From Acidocella sp. (lineage in GTDB: Bacteria > Pseudomonadota > Alphaproteobacteria > Acetobacterales > Acetobacteraceae): a stretch of 64,000 bases of DNA. Shown here piece by piece: positions 25,000-35,803 of this stretch. Within the stretch, counting starts at the first letter, position 1. Every line of letters begins with the position of its first letter. A program made the position numbers and the translations under genes. The notes under the pieces are model-generated. The model did not search any database, had not been told where the DNA came from, and saw only the letters and a list, made by a program, of their open reading frames with translations. The DNA is taken from contig JAMFRU010000089.1 in the NCBI GenBank assembly GCA_026224875.1, positions 50,259 to 114,258 on the forward strand. The letters run 5' to 3'.

Positions 25000-25600
25000 G
25001 CTGGCCCAGCCCGCCGCGCACGGCCAGATACTTGGTATATTCCCCGGCCAGCATCTGCAAAGTTGGCAGGCTCAGCATTTTGCGCATGGCCGGCGGGCGC
25101 ACGGGGTAGGGGGTGAGCGCCACCCCCGGCAGTGCCGCGTGCATTTCCTGCAAGGCGCGCGGCATATGGTAATCGGCCGTCACGATAATCAGCCGGTGCA
25201 TGTTATGCTCAGCTACCCAGCTTGCGGTTTCCTCCGCATTGCCATGGGTGGTTTCAGCCATATGGCCGATCGTGATTTCGGCCGCGTATTTGGTCGCCGC
25301 CGGCTCGTCATCCTTGGTGAAATCACCCAGATACGTGCCGCGCCCAGCGCCCGAGATCAGCAAACGCGGCGCCTGGTGGTCGGCGAGCAGCGCCAGCGCC
25401 TCGCTCACCCGGTCATCGCCGCCGGTGAGCGCCACGATGCCATCGGCGGGGGGGAGCGGGTTAGGCGGCGAGGAGGTGAACACGATGACGAGGAAAATCG
25501 CGAACCCCGCCAGCCATAGAGCGCAGAGCCAGCCGAACACATTTAGCAGCAGCCGCCAAAGCGAAAACCGCTGCCGCCTGTTCCGAACCCGTTTGGCCAT
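24971..25600 (-). CDS. YdcF/DUF218 (ElyC/SanA-like) family protein
   Basis: The likely start is MAKRVRNRRQ (ATG 25600-25598, TAATG overlap with the ftsX stop). An N-terminal TM helix is followed by GIVALTGGDDRV ... LLISGAGRG ... THGNAEE ... IIVTADYHMPRA. Confidence 0.75.
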   Translation of the reverse strand: MAKRVRNRRQRFSLWRLLLNVFGWLCALWLAGFAIFLVIVFTSSPPNPLPPADGIVALTGGDDRVSEALALLADHQAPRLLISGAGRGTYLGDFTKDDEPAATKYAAEITIGHMAETTHGNAEETASWVAEHNMHRLIIVTADYHMPRALQEMHAALPGVALTPYPVRPPAMRKMLSLPTLQMLAGEYTKYLAVRGGLGQLAALLRAIL

Positions 25601-26490
25601 TATGGCAGGCTCCGCAGCCATCCGCGCACGGTCAACTGCGCGGTTATCCAGCCGATGCCCGCCGCCGCCATGGGGAGCAGCGGCAATGTAAACCACAACG
25701 GCGTGGGCAGGTTGAACAAAGTGCCGCCGCCGCTCGCCATCTGCCCGGCGAAAGGTGCGGCCAAAGATGCCAGCCAGGCCAGCACCGGCAGTGCCGCCAC
25801 GGTGCCCGCCACCGCGCCCATCGCCACCAGCATTGTGGCGCGGCTGGCAAAGCGGCTGGCGATATCGCCGTCCAAAGCGCCCAGCCCATGCACGATGGTA
25901 ATGGTCTCGCGCCGCTGCGCCAGTCCGGCCCTTGCCGCCACAGCAACCACAGCCGCCGCCACAAGGGCCACGATAATCAGCACCACCGCGGCGCAATCCT
26001 GCAGCGAGCCGGTGAGGGCCGCAACCCGCGCCGCCCAGATCGCCCCGGCATCCACCAGCGTGCCGGGGGCAATGGCATCCAGCGCCTCGCCCAAAGCATC
26101 GGGTGAGCCCGGCCCGGCCCAGCTGGCGGTAAGCACGTCCGGCATCTGCAGGCCCAATTGCGTCGCATCCTCGCCCAGCCAGGGGGTGAGCAGCGCATTC
26201 TCATCCGCTTGGCTCATCACCTGCGGTTTCGCCACGCCGGGTGTTTTGCCCAGTGCCGTCTGCACCGCCTGCAGCCGCGTGGTCTTACCGGTGGCATCGG
26301 GGTCGCCGCCCTGCGGCACCTGGATGGTAAGCGTCTCATTCGCCTGCGCCTGCCAGCTCGCCGCCAGACTGGCGCTGGCCAAAGTCCCGGCCAGGCCTAA
26401 CGCGGCCAAAAAGCTCATCGCCGCCACCAGCACCGGCAGCAACCGGTCAGCCAAAGCGGCGCGCAGGCCGAGGTCATCGCGCCTAGCCAT
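25600..26490 (-). CDS. ftsX: Cell division ABC transporter permease FtsX
   Basis: Four-TM FtsX-like topology, immediately downstream of ftsE and overlapping it. Confidence 0.8.
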   Translation of the reverse strand: MARRDDLGLRAALADRLLPVLVAAMSFLAALGLAGTLASASLAASWQAQANETLTIQVPQGGDPDATGKTTRLQAVQTALGKTPGVAKPQVMSQADENALLTPWLGEDATQLGLQMPDVLTASWAGPGSPDALGEALDAIAPGTLVDAGAIWAARVAALTGSLQDCAAVVLIIVALVAAAVVAVAARAGLAQRRETITIVHGLGALDGDIASRFASRATMLVAMGAVAGTVAALPVLAWLASLAAPFAGQMASGGGTLFNLPTPLWFTLPLLPMAAAGIGWITAQLTVRGWLRSLP

Positions 26491-27163
26491 TCTGCACGAG
26501 CTTCCCGTCCTCGATGCGCAGTTTTGGCGCCGGATACCGCTCCACCAGCGCCATGTTATGCGTCGCCACCACCACCGTGGTACCCAGCCGGTTGAGCGCG
26601 GTGATCAGCAGCATCAGCCGCTCTGCCTGTTCGTCGTCCAGATTGCCGGTCGGCTCATCGGCCACCAGCAGTTTGGGGCGGCCGACCACGGCGCGGGCAA
26701 TGGCAATGCGCTGCTGCGCCCCGCCGGAAAGCTCATCGGGCCGCGCATGCAACCTGTCCTCCAGCCCCACCCAGCGCAGAATCTCGGTCACATCGGCGGC
26801 AATTTGCGCCTCGCCGCGCCGGGCCAGGCGCATCGGCAGCGCCACGTTGTCATACGCTGACAGTTGGGGCAGCAGCCGGAAATCTTGATACACCACGCCT
26901 ATCCGCCGGCGCAGCAGGGCGGCCTCGCGCCGGGAAATATTCGCGGCCCTGGTGCCAAGTATCTCAATCAGCCCGCTCGCCGGATGCTCGGCCAGATAAA
27001 TCAGCTTGAGCAGACTGGTCTTGCCCGCCCCCGAAGGCCCGGTAAGCCAGCGGAACCCGCCATCGGGGATCTCAAAGCTGATCGCGCGCAGCACGTCCTT
27101 GGCCGGTGCGCCGGCACGCGCCGTGTTCCGGTATTTCAGCCAGACATCCTCAAAGCGAACCAT
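26483..27163 (-). CDS. ftsE: Cell division ATP-binding protein FtsE
   Basis: Walker A GPSGAGKTS, signature LSGGAQQRIAIARA, Walker B LLVADEP. Confidence 0.9.
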   Translation of the reverse strand: MVRFEDVWLKYRNTARAGAPAKDVLRAISFEIPDGGFRWLTGPSGAGKTSLLKLIYLAEHPASGLIEILGTRAANISRREAALLRRRIGVVYQDFRLLPQLSAYDNVALPMRLARRGEAQIAADVTEILRWVGLEDRLHARPDELSGGAQQRIAIARAVVGRPKLLVADEPTGNLDDEQAERLMLLITALNRLGTTVVVATHNMALVERYPAPKLRIEDGKLVQNG

Positions 27164-27359
27164 CTATTGAACCAGGTAACGAATCATCTGCGTGGTAAGG
27201 CCCTTGTACAGAAGCTTGTGAAATGAAGCCTATGAAATGAAGTAGTGAGCGGTGCCGGTGCGGTCCATCCATGCCGCGTTGCCGAAAATACACATATTTT
27301 CAGCTTTCTACAGGCTGTTATTGCGCGATTCGCACAAAAATGTCATGCCTCGACTCGCG

Positions 27360-27851
27360 ATGCAGATTGTATGCCCTAATTGCACAACGGCCTATGAGAT
27401 TCCGGACGCCGTCTTCGGTGGCCGGGCCCGTAAACTGCGTTGCGAGAGCTGCGGAACGCAGTGGAAAGCAGGCCCCCCCGGCGGGGAAGAGGCTCCCGAC
27501 CCGTCCTACGCAGCCGAACCCGCCGTGCTGCCGGAAGAGCCGCCCCAGCCGCCAGGCCGCGTGTTCGGCCAGGCCGCCGACCCCTCGCTCCAAGCCGAAA
27601 TCCGCGAAGCAATGGACCGCGAACGGCAGGCCCCGCCCCCGCCGCCAGTCGAGCATTTTAAATCCGAAACCGCGCCAGATCCCGATGATCCCTTCATCAA
27701 CCTGGTTCTGGCAGCCCGCAGCCGCGCCATAGAGTTCGAACCCGAACCCCCGCCGGAGCGCCGCTTCAAAATCTCCAGCCCCGTGCTGATCGGCGGATTG
27801 CTGACGCTGTTTGTGTTGGCGGTAGGGTTTTTACTGTTTCACGCCAGGTAA
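27360..27851 (+). CDS. MJ0042-type zinc-ribbon domain protein with C-terminal TM helix
   Basis: MQIVCPNCTTAYEIPDAVFGGRARKLRCESCGTQW is followed by a Pro-rich linker and a TM segment. Alternative upstream starts exist at 27345 and 27252. Confidence 0.7.
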   Translation: MQIVCPNCTTAYEIPDAVFGGRARKLRCESCGTQWKAGPPGGEEAPDPSYAAEPAVLPEEPPQPPGRVFGQAADPSLQAEIREAMDRERQAPPPPPVEHFKSETAPDPDDPFINLVLAARSRAIEFEPEPPPERRFKISSPVLIGGLLTLFVLAVGFLLFHAR

Positions 27852-27860
27852 GGTTAAGCA

Positions 27861-27972
27861 GTACCTTTTTGTGAACAAAAAGGTACCCAAAAAAACTTTG
27901 GCCCTGTGGGCGTTGGCAGCGCCAATGCCCACAGGGCCAAAGTTTTTGGTGCAGCTTTTTTCAAAAAGCTGC
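27861..27972. terminator. Three consecutive perfect hairpins between convergent genes (candidate bidirectional terminators)
   Basis: 27861-27886 has an 11-bp stem. 27892-27946 has a 20-bp stem flanked by an A-run and a T-run. 27951-27972 has a 10-bp stem. Confidence 0.6.
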
Positions 27973-27977
27973 TGCTT

Positions 27978-29258
27978 TTACTTCCGTTCCTTATTCACCT
28001 GCCGCCCGCGCCCGAGCGCGAGCGCGCCATCGGGGACATCCTCGGTAATCACTGAACCCGCCGCCACCAGCGCGCCGTCGCCCACGCGCACCGGCGCTAC
28101 CAGTGCTGTATTGGAGCCGATGAACGCGCGCGCGCCGATTGTCGTGCGGTGTTTGTGCTTGCCGTCGTAATTGCAGGTGATGGTGCCGGCGCCGATATTG
28201 CTGGCAGCACCTATGTCCGCATCGCCGATGTAGGAGAGGTGATTGGCCTTGGCCCCGGCGCCCAGAGTGGCGGCCTTGATCTCCACGAAATTGCCGACAT
28301 GCGCGCCAGCACCTATATCCGCACCCGGCCGCAATCGCGCATAAGGACCAATCAACGCGCCCGCATGCACCACGCAGCCCTCAAGATGCGAAAACGCTTT
28401 TATTTCCGCGCCGGCTTCAACCGTCACGCCGGGGCCGAACACCACATAGGGGCCGACCGTCACATCCTCACCCAGCACGGTATCGGCTGAGAAAAACACC
28501 GTCTCCGGCGCCTGCATTCCCACACCGGCATCGAGTGCGGCGGCGCGCGCACGGGCCTGAAACAAAGCCTCCGCCTGCGCCAGTTCGGCACGCGAATTAA
28601 CCCCTAAGCATTCCTCATAAGGCGCATCCAAAGCCGCCACGTTAATGCCCTCCGCGCGGGCAATGGCGACGATATCGGTGAGGTAAAACTCACCCTTGGC
28701 ATTGTCGTTCCGCACATCCACCAGCCAGCCGCGCATATCGGCCCCGCGCGCGATCATCCCGCCCGCATTGCAAAACCCTATGGCCAGCTCTCCATCCTTC
28801 GCATCGGCATACTCTACGATACGCGCGACAAACCCGCCTTCCATCACCAGCCGCCCGTATTTTCCGGCATCCGGCGGTGTCATGCCCAGCAACACCAGCC
28901 CGGCATCGCCGTTCTCTAACCTGTCTTTCAGCGCCTGCATGGTGGCAACGGAAACCAGCGGGTTATCGGCATAAAACACCGCCACTGGTCCCTCGCCGAA
29001 TTTTTTCTCCGCCTGGCGCGCGGCATGCGCCGTGCCCAGCCGCTCATACTGCACCACCACCTCATGCGGGGCGGATAATGTCTCCAGCAGCGGCATATCC
29101 GGCCCCACCACCACCACCACGCGCCCAAATACCTGCTCGGCGGCGCGGATCAGATGCGACAGCATCTCGCGCCCGGCGATTTTATGCGCGGCTTTGGGCA
29201 GCGCCGACTTCATCCGCGTGCCCAGCCCCGCCGCGATGATCACCGCCATGCTCTGCAT
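27978..29258 (-). CDS. glmU: Bifunctional UDP-N-acetylglucosamine diphosphorylase / glucosamine-1-phosphate N-acetyltransferase
   Basis: N-terminus AVIIAAGLGTRMKSALPKAAHKIAG. The C-terminus has left-handed beta-helix hexapeptide repeats. Confidence 0.9.
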   Translation of the reverse strand: MQSMAVIIAAGLGTRMKSALPKAAHKIAGREMLSHLIRAAEQVFGRVVVVVGPDMPLLETLSAPHEVVVQYERLGTAHAARQAEKKFGEGPVAVFYADNPLVSVATMQALKDRLENGDAGLVLLGMTPPDAGKYGRLVMEGGFVARIVEYADAKDGELAIGFCNAGGMIARGADMRGWLVDVRNDNAKGEFYLTDIVAIARAEGINVAALDAPYEECLGVNSRAELAQAEALFQARARAAALDAGVGMQAPETVFFSADTVLGEDVTVGPYVVFGPGVTVEAGAEIKAFSHLEGCVVHAGALIGPYARLRPGADIGAGAHVGNFVEIKAATLGAGAKANHLSYIGDADIGAASNIGAGTITCNYDGKHKHRTTIGARAFIGSNTALVAPVRVGDGALVAAGSVITEDVPDGALALGRGRQVNKERK

Positions 29259-29270
29259 ATTTTTGCTCCC

Positions 29271-30158
29271 TCAAGCCTGCTTGATATCAATCAAGCTCTT
29301 ACGGATTTTCCGGCTGCGGTTGATCTTGTCTTCGATATAGCCGGTATCGCCCCAGCGCACGGCGCGCGCCATCGCCTGCGCATCTTCGGAAAAGCGCGAG
29401 AACATTTCCAGCAGCGCGTCTTTATTGTTGAGGAATGTGTCGCGCCACATCACGGGGTCCGACGCCGCGATGCGTGTGAAATCGCGGAAACCGGAGGCTG
29501 CGAATTGCAACACCTCCTCGCGCATTTCGTCGGCCAGATCATCCGCCGTACCGCAGATGGTAAAGGCAATCAGATGCGGCAGATGGCTGACGATGGCGAC
29601 GACGCGATCATGATGCGCCGTCGTCATTTTCGCGGTACGTGCGCCCAACGCCGCCCAGAGCGCCTCTATCTTTTGTACCGCCGCCGCGTCAGCATTTTCG
29701 GCCGGCGTCAGCAGGCACCAGCGGCCTTTGAACAAATCCGGCAACCCGGCATCGGGGCCGGAAAACTCCGTGCCCGCCAGCGGATGGGCGGGCACGAACT
29801 GCACCCCCTCGGGCACGAACGGGCTGACATCGCGCCAGACGGATTGTTTGGTCGAACCGACATCGGAGAGAATGCACCCCTTCATCAAATGCGGCGCAAT
29901 GGCCTCGGCAATGGTGGCGAAACTGCCCACCGGTGTGCAGAGAATCACGCCATCCGCACCCTTCACCGCCCCGCTTGGGTCGGCAAAATATTCCGTGCCC
30001 AGTCCCAATTCTTTCGCGCGCGCCAGATGCGCCGGGCTGGTGTCGGCAATCACCAGTGTTTCCACCGTGCCCGGCACGGTCTGCAACGTCCGCGCAATGG
30101 AGGCGCCGATATGGCCGATGCCGATAATCACCAGCCGCTTGAATAAAAGCTCAACCAT
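29271..30158 (-). CDS. tyrC: Prephenate/arogenate (cyclohexadienyl) dehydrogenase
   Basis: [15 protein letters not shown] Rossmann motif and [13 protein letters not shown] motif. The position downstream of hisC is conserved. Confidence 0.85.
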   Translation of the reverse strand: MVELLFKRLVIIGIGHIGASIARTLQTVPGTVETLVIADTSPAHLARAKELGLGTEYFADPSGAVKGADGVILCTPVGSFATIAEAIAPHLMKGCILSDVGSTKQSVWRDVSPFVPEGVQFVPAHPLAGTEFSGPDAGLPDLFKGRWCLLTPAENADAAAVQKIEALWAALGARTAKMTTAHHDRVVAIVSHLPHLIAFTICGTADDLADEMREEVLQFAASGFRDFTRIAASDPVMWRDTFLNNKDALLEMFSRFSEDAQAMARAVRWGDTGYIEDKINRSRKIRKSLIDIKQA

Positions 30159-31263
30159 GGGCGAAGGCCGTCAGCGCCTCGGCCACCCGGCCGCATTCCT
30201 CATCCGTGCCGATGGTAATGCGCAGAAATTCCGGCAGCCCATAGGAGGCCACGCGCCGCACGATGATCCCGCGCGACTTCATAAAATCATCCGCCGCAAT
30301 GGCGCGTTCGGGCGTCGCAAAATTCACCAGAATGAAATTCGCTTCCGACGCCCGCACGTCCAGCCCAGCCTGTGCCAACCGCTCGCTCAACCGGCGCTTG
30401 GCCTGCGTATTATGCGCCCGCCCGCGTTCGATCCATCCCGGTTCAGCCAAAGCCGCGACGCCCGCCGCTGCGGCAAAGGTGTTGACCGGAAAAGGTGGCC
30501 GCACGCGGTGGAGTACATCAGCGACAGAAGCGGGCATGTAGCCCCAGCCCAGCCGTGCCCCGCCCATACCAAAGATTTTGGAGAAGGTGCGAGTCATCAC
30601 CGTGTTCTCTCCGGCATCCACCATTTTTATCCCGGGATCGTAACCAGGGTCCTCGACATATTCCGCATAAGCAGCGTCGATAATAAGCAGCACATTGCCG
30701 GGCAGTCCGGCGCGCAGGCGCTCCATCTCGCTTTGGCTCAGCAGCGTACCGGTGGGATTGTTCGGGTTGGCAATGCAAACGATTTTTGTGGCCGGCGTGA
30801 CCAGTGCCAGCATGGCGTCCACATCCGTCGTGAGGTTTTTCTCCGGTGCCTTGCGCACCTCACAGCCCGATATCTTGGCGCTGATCTCATAGATCGAGAA
30901 TCCGTGCGCGCTCATGATCAACTCGTCACCCGGCCCGGCATAGGACTGGATGAGCTGAATGAGAATTTCACCCGAGCCGTTACCACAGACGATTCGCGCC
31001 GGATCGAGTCCGAATTTGGCACCGAGCGCCTCGCGCAGCGCCGCCACACCGCCGTCCGGGTACAGATGCATTTTCGCGGCGGACGCTGCCATCGCGGCAA
31101 CGGCACCAGCCGGCGCACCCAACGCACCCTCGTTGGAGGAAAGTTTTAGCGGGTTCTCAAACCCCGGCAGTTTTGACTCCCCGCCAACATACGAGGCGAC
31201 GGAAAAAATTTCCGGGCGAGGCGCGGGCGCGGATGCCCCCCCGGCTTTAGAAGCCGCACTCAC
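30151..31263 (-). CDS. hisC: Histidinol-phosphate aminotransferase
   Basis: [18 protein letters not shown], and [15 protein letters not shown] (the PLP lysine region). Confidence 0.85.
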   Translation of the reverse strand: MSAASKAGGASAPAPRPEIFSVASYVGGESKLPGFENPLKLSSNEGALGAPAGAVAAMAASAAKMHLYPDGGVAALREALGAKFGLDPARIVCGNGSGEILIQLIQSYAGPGDELIMSAHGFSIYEISAKISGCEVRKAPEKNLTTDVDAMLALVTPATKIVCIANPNNPTGTLLSQSEMERLRAGLPGNVLLIIDAAYAEYVEDPGYDPGIKMVDAGENTVMTRTFSKIFGMGGARLGWGYMPASVADVLHRVRPPFPVNTFAAAAGVAALAEPGWIERGRAHNTQAKRRLSERLAQAGLDVRASEANFILVNFATPERAIAADDFMKSRGIIVRRVASYGLPEFLRITIGTDEECGRVAEALTAFAHG

Positions 31264-32219
31264 GCCGCATCTCCAATCGGCACGGCATACCCGCCAATCA
31301 CAATCGGTGTCCCCTCCAGCCCGGCAATCGCCGCCAGCCGCGGATCGCCCTCCGTCACCAGCCCGTCAACCTCAACCAGCGCGCTGATCTGCGAATCCCC
31401 TTGCAGGCGCCGCACCCAAAGCGAGCCCGGTTCGAACCCGGCTTCCTTCACCTGCGCCACCAGCCTGGTGCGGGACATATCCGCACTGGCCTGCAGTGCG
31501 ATCAGCCCGCGGTCCGCCCCGCTTGCATCCGGCGGCACGGCGGCCACCACATAGGCATCGCCCTGCGGCAATCCCTCGGCGCGCCGGGTCCAGAACGGGA
31601 TGCGCGCAATCACATACAGCCTTGCATGGCCGGAGCCGGTGAGCATCGGCCACCAGCCGCTCTTGCCGTCTTCGTCCTCGCCCAAAGGCGGCAGCACGGC
31701 CAGTTGCGCCCCGCCCTCGCGGGACAAATCCGCCAAAGTCTGCGCCGCGTTATGGTGGCGCCGCACCGGGGTGAGCGGCCCGAAATGCTCGCGGGCCAAA
31801 GCCAGCCGCGCTTCGCCGCCCTCGCCATCGCACACCGCCATGGTCTGCCCGCCCTCAATGATGAGTGCCGCGCCAAACATCTCGCGCCAGAACCGCACAA
31901 TCGCCTGGCGCGGCAGCGCGCCGGTATGGCGGGCCAGCAGCCGCCGCAAAATCGTGGCTTCGCGGCCCGGGCGTATTTTCGTCCCCGTCTTGCCCCCGTC
32001 GCTGGCCACTGCCTCAACCACCTGCGCCCGCTGCATCAGCAGATCGTGAATCTGGTCATCAAGCGCATCGAGCTGCGTGCGGAGCTCGGCCAGCCGGCCT
32101 AAAGGCGCGCTTGCCTTTGAAGCGGGGGCCTCGGAAGCGGGGGCCTCGGAAGGAGAAGTCGCCCCGGAGGGAGAAGCCGGGGGAGCGGAGGTCGAGGAGG
32201 GGGAGGGAGAGATATTCAT
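31260..32219 (-). CDS. Chorismate mutase family protein with Ser/Pro/Ala-rich N-terminus
   Basis: The likely start MNISPSPSS (ATG 32219) has an [33 protein letters not shown]...[12 protein letters not shown] fits the CM_2 pattern. Confidence 0.7.
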   Translation of the reverse strand: MNISPSPSSTSAPPASPSGATSPSEAPASEAPASKASAPLGRLAELRTQLDALDDQIHDLLMQRAQVVEAVASDGGKTGTKIRPGREATILRRLLARHTGALPRQAIVRFWREMFGAALIIEGGQTMAVCDGEGGEARLALAREHFGPLTPVRRHHNAAQTLADLSREGGAQLAVLPPLGEDEDGKSGWWPMLTGSGHARLYVIARIPFWTRRAEGLPQGDAYVVAAVPPDASGADRGLIALQASADMSRTRLVAQVKEAGFEPGSLWVRRLQGDSQISALVEVDGLVTEGDPRLAAIAGLEGTPIVIGGYAVPIGDAA

Positions 32220-32354
32220 CGCCCGTCCTGTTACCCTATAAGCCCCCCGAGAGCCAAGCGGCAGAAGCACCGATTCCATGCCTTCCCGGCACGTCAGCAC
32301 CCCGGCCCGAAGGCTTGCACGGCCGGGGCGGCCAGCGCATATCCTTGGCCGACC

Positions 32355-33497
32355 ATGGACCAGAGCCCGAGCCTTGCCGAAACCCAGCATCAGAGCGTCA
32401 CTTTCCCCGGTGGTCTGACGCTCGATTGCGGCCGCGCGCTCGCCACTGTCACCGTCGCCCACCGCACCTACGGTACGCTGAATGCGGATAAATCCAACGC
32501 CATCCTCATCTGCCAGCCCCTCACCTGTGACCAGTACGTGGCCGAACCCAACCCCGAGACCGGCAAACCCGGCTGGTGGGAGCTCATGGTCGGCCCCGGT
32601 AAACCGGTGGATACGGACCGCTATTTCGTCATCGGCACCAATGTGCTGGGCGGCTGCATGGGGACCACGGGTCCGCGCAGCCCGCATGAGGACGGCTCAG
32701 GCCAGCCCTGGGGCACCGCATTTCCGCAGGTCACGATCCAGGACATGGTGCGCGCGCAAAAACTGCTCATCGACCATCTCGGCATCACGCGGCTATTCGC
32801 CGTCGTCGGCGGCTCCATGGGCGGCATGCAGGTGCTGGCCTGGGCGGCACTCTACCCGGCGCATGTATTCGCCGCCGTGCCGGTCGCCACCGCCTCCTAT
32901 CATTCGGCCCAGAACATCGCCTTCCACGAGATCGGCCGCCAGGCCATCGCGGCCGATCCGTATTTCTACGCCGGCCGCTACTGGTCCGAAGGCGTGCGCC
33001 CCGAGCGCGGCCTGGCCGTGGCGCGCATGACCGCGCACATCACCTACGTGTCCGAGGAAGCACTCACCCGCAAATTCGGCCGCAAACTGCAAAATGCCGA
33101 GGGGCTCTCGGCCCTGGGCGACCAGTTCGCGGTGGAGAGCTACCTGCAATACCAGGGCTCCTCCTTCGTGCAGCGGTTCGACGCGAACGCCTACCTCACC
33201 ATCACCCGCGCGATGGATCTGTTCGATCTGGCGGCCGACCACGCCGGTGTGCTCTCCGCTGCCTTCCGTGGTACCAAAACCCGCTTCCTGCTGGTGAGCT
33301 TTTCGTCCGACTGGCTATTCCCCACCGCCCAGTCCCGCGCCATCGCCCGCGCCCTCAACCACGTCGCCGCCAACGTCTCTTTCGTGGAGGTGCAATCGGA
33401 CAAAGGCCACGACGCCTTCCTGCTGGATGAGCCCGATTTCCACCAGACCCTGCGCGGCTTCCTGGCCGGCTGCGCCGAACACGCGGGGCTCATATGA
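32355..33497 (+). CDS. metX: Homoserine O-acetyltransferase
   Basis: [13 protein letters not shown] nucleophile elbow and full-length alpha/beta-hydrolase MetX pattern. metW follows. Confidence 0.9.
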   Translation: MDQSPSLAETQHQSVTFPGGLTLDCGRALATVTVAHRTYGTLNADKSNAILICQPLTCDQYVAEPNPETGKPGWWELMVGPGKPVDTDRYFVIGTNVLGGCMGTTGPRSPHEDGSGQPWGTAFPQVTIQDMVRAQKLLIDHLGITRLFAVVGGSMGGMQVLAWAALYPAHVFAAVPVATASYHSAQNIAFHEIGRQAIAADPYFYAGRYWSEGVRPERGLAVARMTAHITYVSEEALTRKFGRKLQNAEGLSALGDQFAVESYLQYQGSSFVQRFDANAYLTITRAMDLFDLAADHAGVLSAAFRGTKTRFLLVSFSSDWLFPTAQSRAIARALNHVAANVSFVEVQSDKGHDAFLLDEPDFHQTLRGFLAGCAEHAGLI

Positions 33498-34114
33498 ACG
33501 CCATCCCCCGCAAAATCCGCGTCGATCTCGCCCTCATCGCCGAACTCGTGGCCCCCGGCACCCGCGTACTCGACATCGGCTGCGCCGACGGCACGCTCAT
33601 CGACCACCTCTTCCGCGCCAAAAACTGCGACGCCCGCGGCATCGAGCTCGACATGCGGGAGGTGCAACGCTCGGTCACCCACGGCCTGCCCGTAATGCAG
33701 GGCGACGCCGATACCGAGCTGGTGAACTACCCAGACAACGCCTTCGACTACGTCATCCTCTCCCGCACCCTGCAGGCGGTGGAAAAACCGCGCGAAGTGC
33801 TGGCGCAAATGCTGCGCATCGGCACCCATGCCATCGTCAGCTTCCCCAATTTCGGCCATTGGTCATTGCGTCTGCAACTGCTCACCAAAGGCCGCATGCC
33901 AATGACCGCCGGCTGGAACCGCATGTGGTTCGAAACCCCCAACATCCACCCCTGCACCATCAGCGATTTCTTCGCCCTCTGCGACCAGGACAACTACATA
34001 GTAGAAGATTGGCTCGCAGCCGACGAACAAGGCGCCCGCGCCCCCTGGCGCCGCTCCCGCCACCTAGCCAACCTCTTCGGCGAACAGGGGCTGTTCCTAC
34101 TCCGCAAGGCTTGA
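33494..34114 (+). CDS. metW: Methionine biosynthesis protein MetW
   Basis: [11 protein letters not shown] ... typical MetW length and position (ATGA overlap with metX). Confidence 0.9.
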   Translation: MNAIPRKIRVDLALIAELVAPGTRVLDIGCADGTLIDHLFRAKNCDARGIELDMREVQRSVTHGLPVMQGDADTELVNYPDNAFDYVILSRTLQAVEKPREVLAQMLRIGTHAIVSFPNFGHWSLRLQLLTKGRMPMTAGWNRMWFETPNIHPCTISDFFALCDQDNYIVEDWLAADEQGARAPWRRSRHLANLFGEQGLFLLRKA

Positions 34115-34126
34115 GGTGTTTCTACG

Positions 34127-34158
34127 GAAAAGGCCAGGGCAGAGCCCCCGCCTTTTTC
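34127..34158 (+). terminator. Hairpin AAAAGGCCAGGGC..GCCCCCGCCTTTTT after metW
   Basis: A stem flanked by an A-run and a T-run. It shares its ends with the 56683-56761 element. Confidence 0.55.
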
Positions 34159-34231
34159 GTGGAAACACCCCAGACCCTTGCGGGGTTGGATCGTTCCGAA
34201 TAGGGTGTGATTGGTAACGAGGGGTCACTTC

Positions 34232-34639
34232 ATGAAGCCGAATAATCAGGTGCATATTGCGGTTATGTTGCTTTGGACGAGTGTTGCTTTGGGTGTTATG
34301 AATCTCGCACTGCACGGCTGGCTCAATTACCAGGCCACCGGCCAGCTTGGGGCTTCTTCACCGCTGCTTATTTCGGCGGCATTTTTCATCTTTGTGCAGT
34401 CGCGGATGATTTTGCGGCTCCATTCCGGCATTGCTTCGGTGCGCACCCGGCTTGCGGTCATCACCGTTTTGCGCATCTTTTCGGTGGCCGTCACCACGCA
34501 TCTGCTTTACGCCATCATGCCCGCTTTGGCGCTGTTGCCGGCCATTGCCGCGGTGTTTCAGCTTGTGGCGTTGGGGCTGGTGTTTTTTCCGCCGGGCAGC
34601 GCTTATTTTGCCAAACGGTCGCTATCGCGAGTGCTGTGA
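34232..34639 (+). CDS. Small hypothetical membrane protein (about 4 TM)
   Basis: GAGGGG RBS 7 nt before ATG 34232, hydrophobic segments, and locally lower GC. Its last 125 nt overlap the convergent GT87-like ORF. Confidence 0.45.
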   Translation: MKPNNQVHIAVMLLWTSVALGVMNLALHGWLNYQATGQLGASSPLLISAAFFIFVQSRMILRLHSGIASVRTRLAVITVLRIFSVAVTTHLLYAIMPALALLPAIAAVFQLVALGLVFFPPGSAYFAKRSLSRVL

Positions 34640-35792
34640 CGAGCAGCAGCGGTGTCGGCAATACGCCAAAACGCGCCACGAAACCGGGCACGAAAGCCGG
34701 GGCCACCCAGAGCCAGGCCAGAACGGCATTGCGCCAATAGGCTCCACGCTCTGCGATTAAGGGCAGCACGGCGCAATACATCGCCATATCGCCGGTAAAA
34801 CCATAAGGGCTGGCCAGGAGCGTCAGTATCACAGTCACGGCCAGCCGGTTGTCCGCGCCCGCCCGCCACAGGCGCCAGCTGAGCCCCACGCAGAACAGAC
34901 TGACCACAGCCTGCCCCGCATACGCGCCGGCCACGGAAAACCGCAGGCTGCGCAGCATCCAGAACACCGAGCTGCCCATGTTTTCGTAACGGCTAGGGAA
35001 CGGCTGCTCCAGCAACGCCCGCATCGCTTCTCGCCCCGGCCCGAGATATTCGCGCCAGCACGAAGTGCCCCCCACCATCCAGGATAAAACCAGTGCGAGC
35101 GCCAGCACGGCCGCGCCCGCGGCCATCACCCGCCAGCGCCGTGCGGCAAACACCACCACCGGCACTAGCAGGGCATATTGCGGTTTTACGATCAGCGCCC
35201 CCAAAGCCGCCCCGGCGCGCAGGGGTGCGTCTTCCAGCCGCGCAAACCCGTAAATCAGCAACGCCCCGCACAACATCCCGAACTGGCCGAGATACAGCGT
35301 CCACATGGCGGGAAACGAGAGCAGGGCAGCGGCAATACACAGCCAAGGCAGCCGGGCCGCCTGCAGCAACCGCGCCGAGGCCAGAACGGCCAAGGCAGAG
35401 AAAAGATAATACCCCGCAACCAAGGGCAACCGCGCCATCGCCCAGGCCGGAAGCAAAACAGCCGGCGGATACACAAACGGCCACCACCCGGTTTTATAGG
35501 GCAGAATCTGCCCCGCCAGCCTCGCGTAATCCGGGCCATAAAGTGCCGCCCCCTGGCCATGGCGAACCAGAAAACCAGCCAGCCAGAACATGCCGTAATC
35601 GCAATAGCCCGTGGTGCAATACGGATCTGCAAACCCCAGCCCATGCCGCGCGTACAGCACCGCCCGCACCAGCTGCGCCTTCACCCCAAGCACGAACAAT
35701 CCCACCCCCGCCGCCAAAGCCAGGGCCAAAATTGCACGCGCACATAGCCTGGAAAGACGCAACGCCATGGTCCAATCTACGCCGGGCCACAT
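34515..35792 (-). CDS. GT-C fold membrane glycosyltransferase, DUF2029/GT87-like
   Basis: Polytopic protein. DYGMFWLAG ... FVYPP ... LGALIVKPQYALLVPVVVFAARRWR are typical DUF2029 features. Confidence 0.7.
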   Translation of the reverse strand: MWPGVDWTMALRLSRLCARAILALALAAGVGLFVLGVKAQLVRAVLYARHGLGFADPYCTTGYCDYGMFWLAGFLVRHGQGAALYGPDYARLAGQILPYKTGWWPFVYPPAVLLPAWAMARLPLVAGYYLFSALAVLASARLLQAARLPWLCIAAALLSFPAMWTLYLGQFGMLCGALLIYGFARLEDAPLRAGAALGALIVKPQYALLVPVVVFAARRWRVMAAGAAVLALALVLSWMVGGTSCWREYLGPGREAMRALLEQPFPSRYENMGSSVFWMLRSLRFSVAGAYAGQAVVSLFCVGLSWRLWRAGADNRLAVTVILTLLASPYGFTGDMAMYCAVLPLIAERGAYWRNAVLAWLWVAPAFVPGFVARFGVLPTPLLLVTALAIATVWQNKRCPAEKTPAPTPQAETPRQWPATAPKRA

Positions 35793-35803
35793 CCCGCGGC
35801 AAC

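Noticed and set aside
32220-32354. A possible SAM-II riboswitch upstream of metX.
   Set aside because: The 135-nt divergent intergenic region contains a GC hairpin (CCCCGGCC...GGCCGGGG). I did not see the conserved AAAGC 3' segment or the U-rich loop expected for SAM-II. An Rfam scan (RF00521, RF01826) would settle it.
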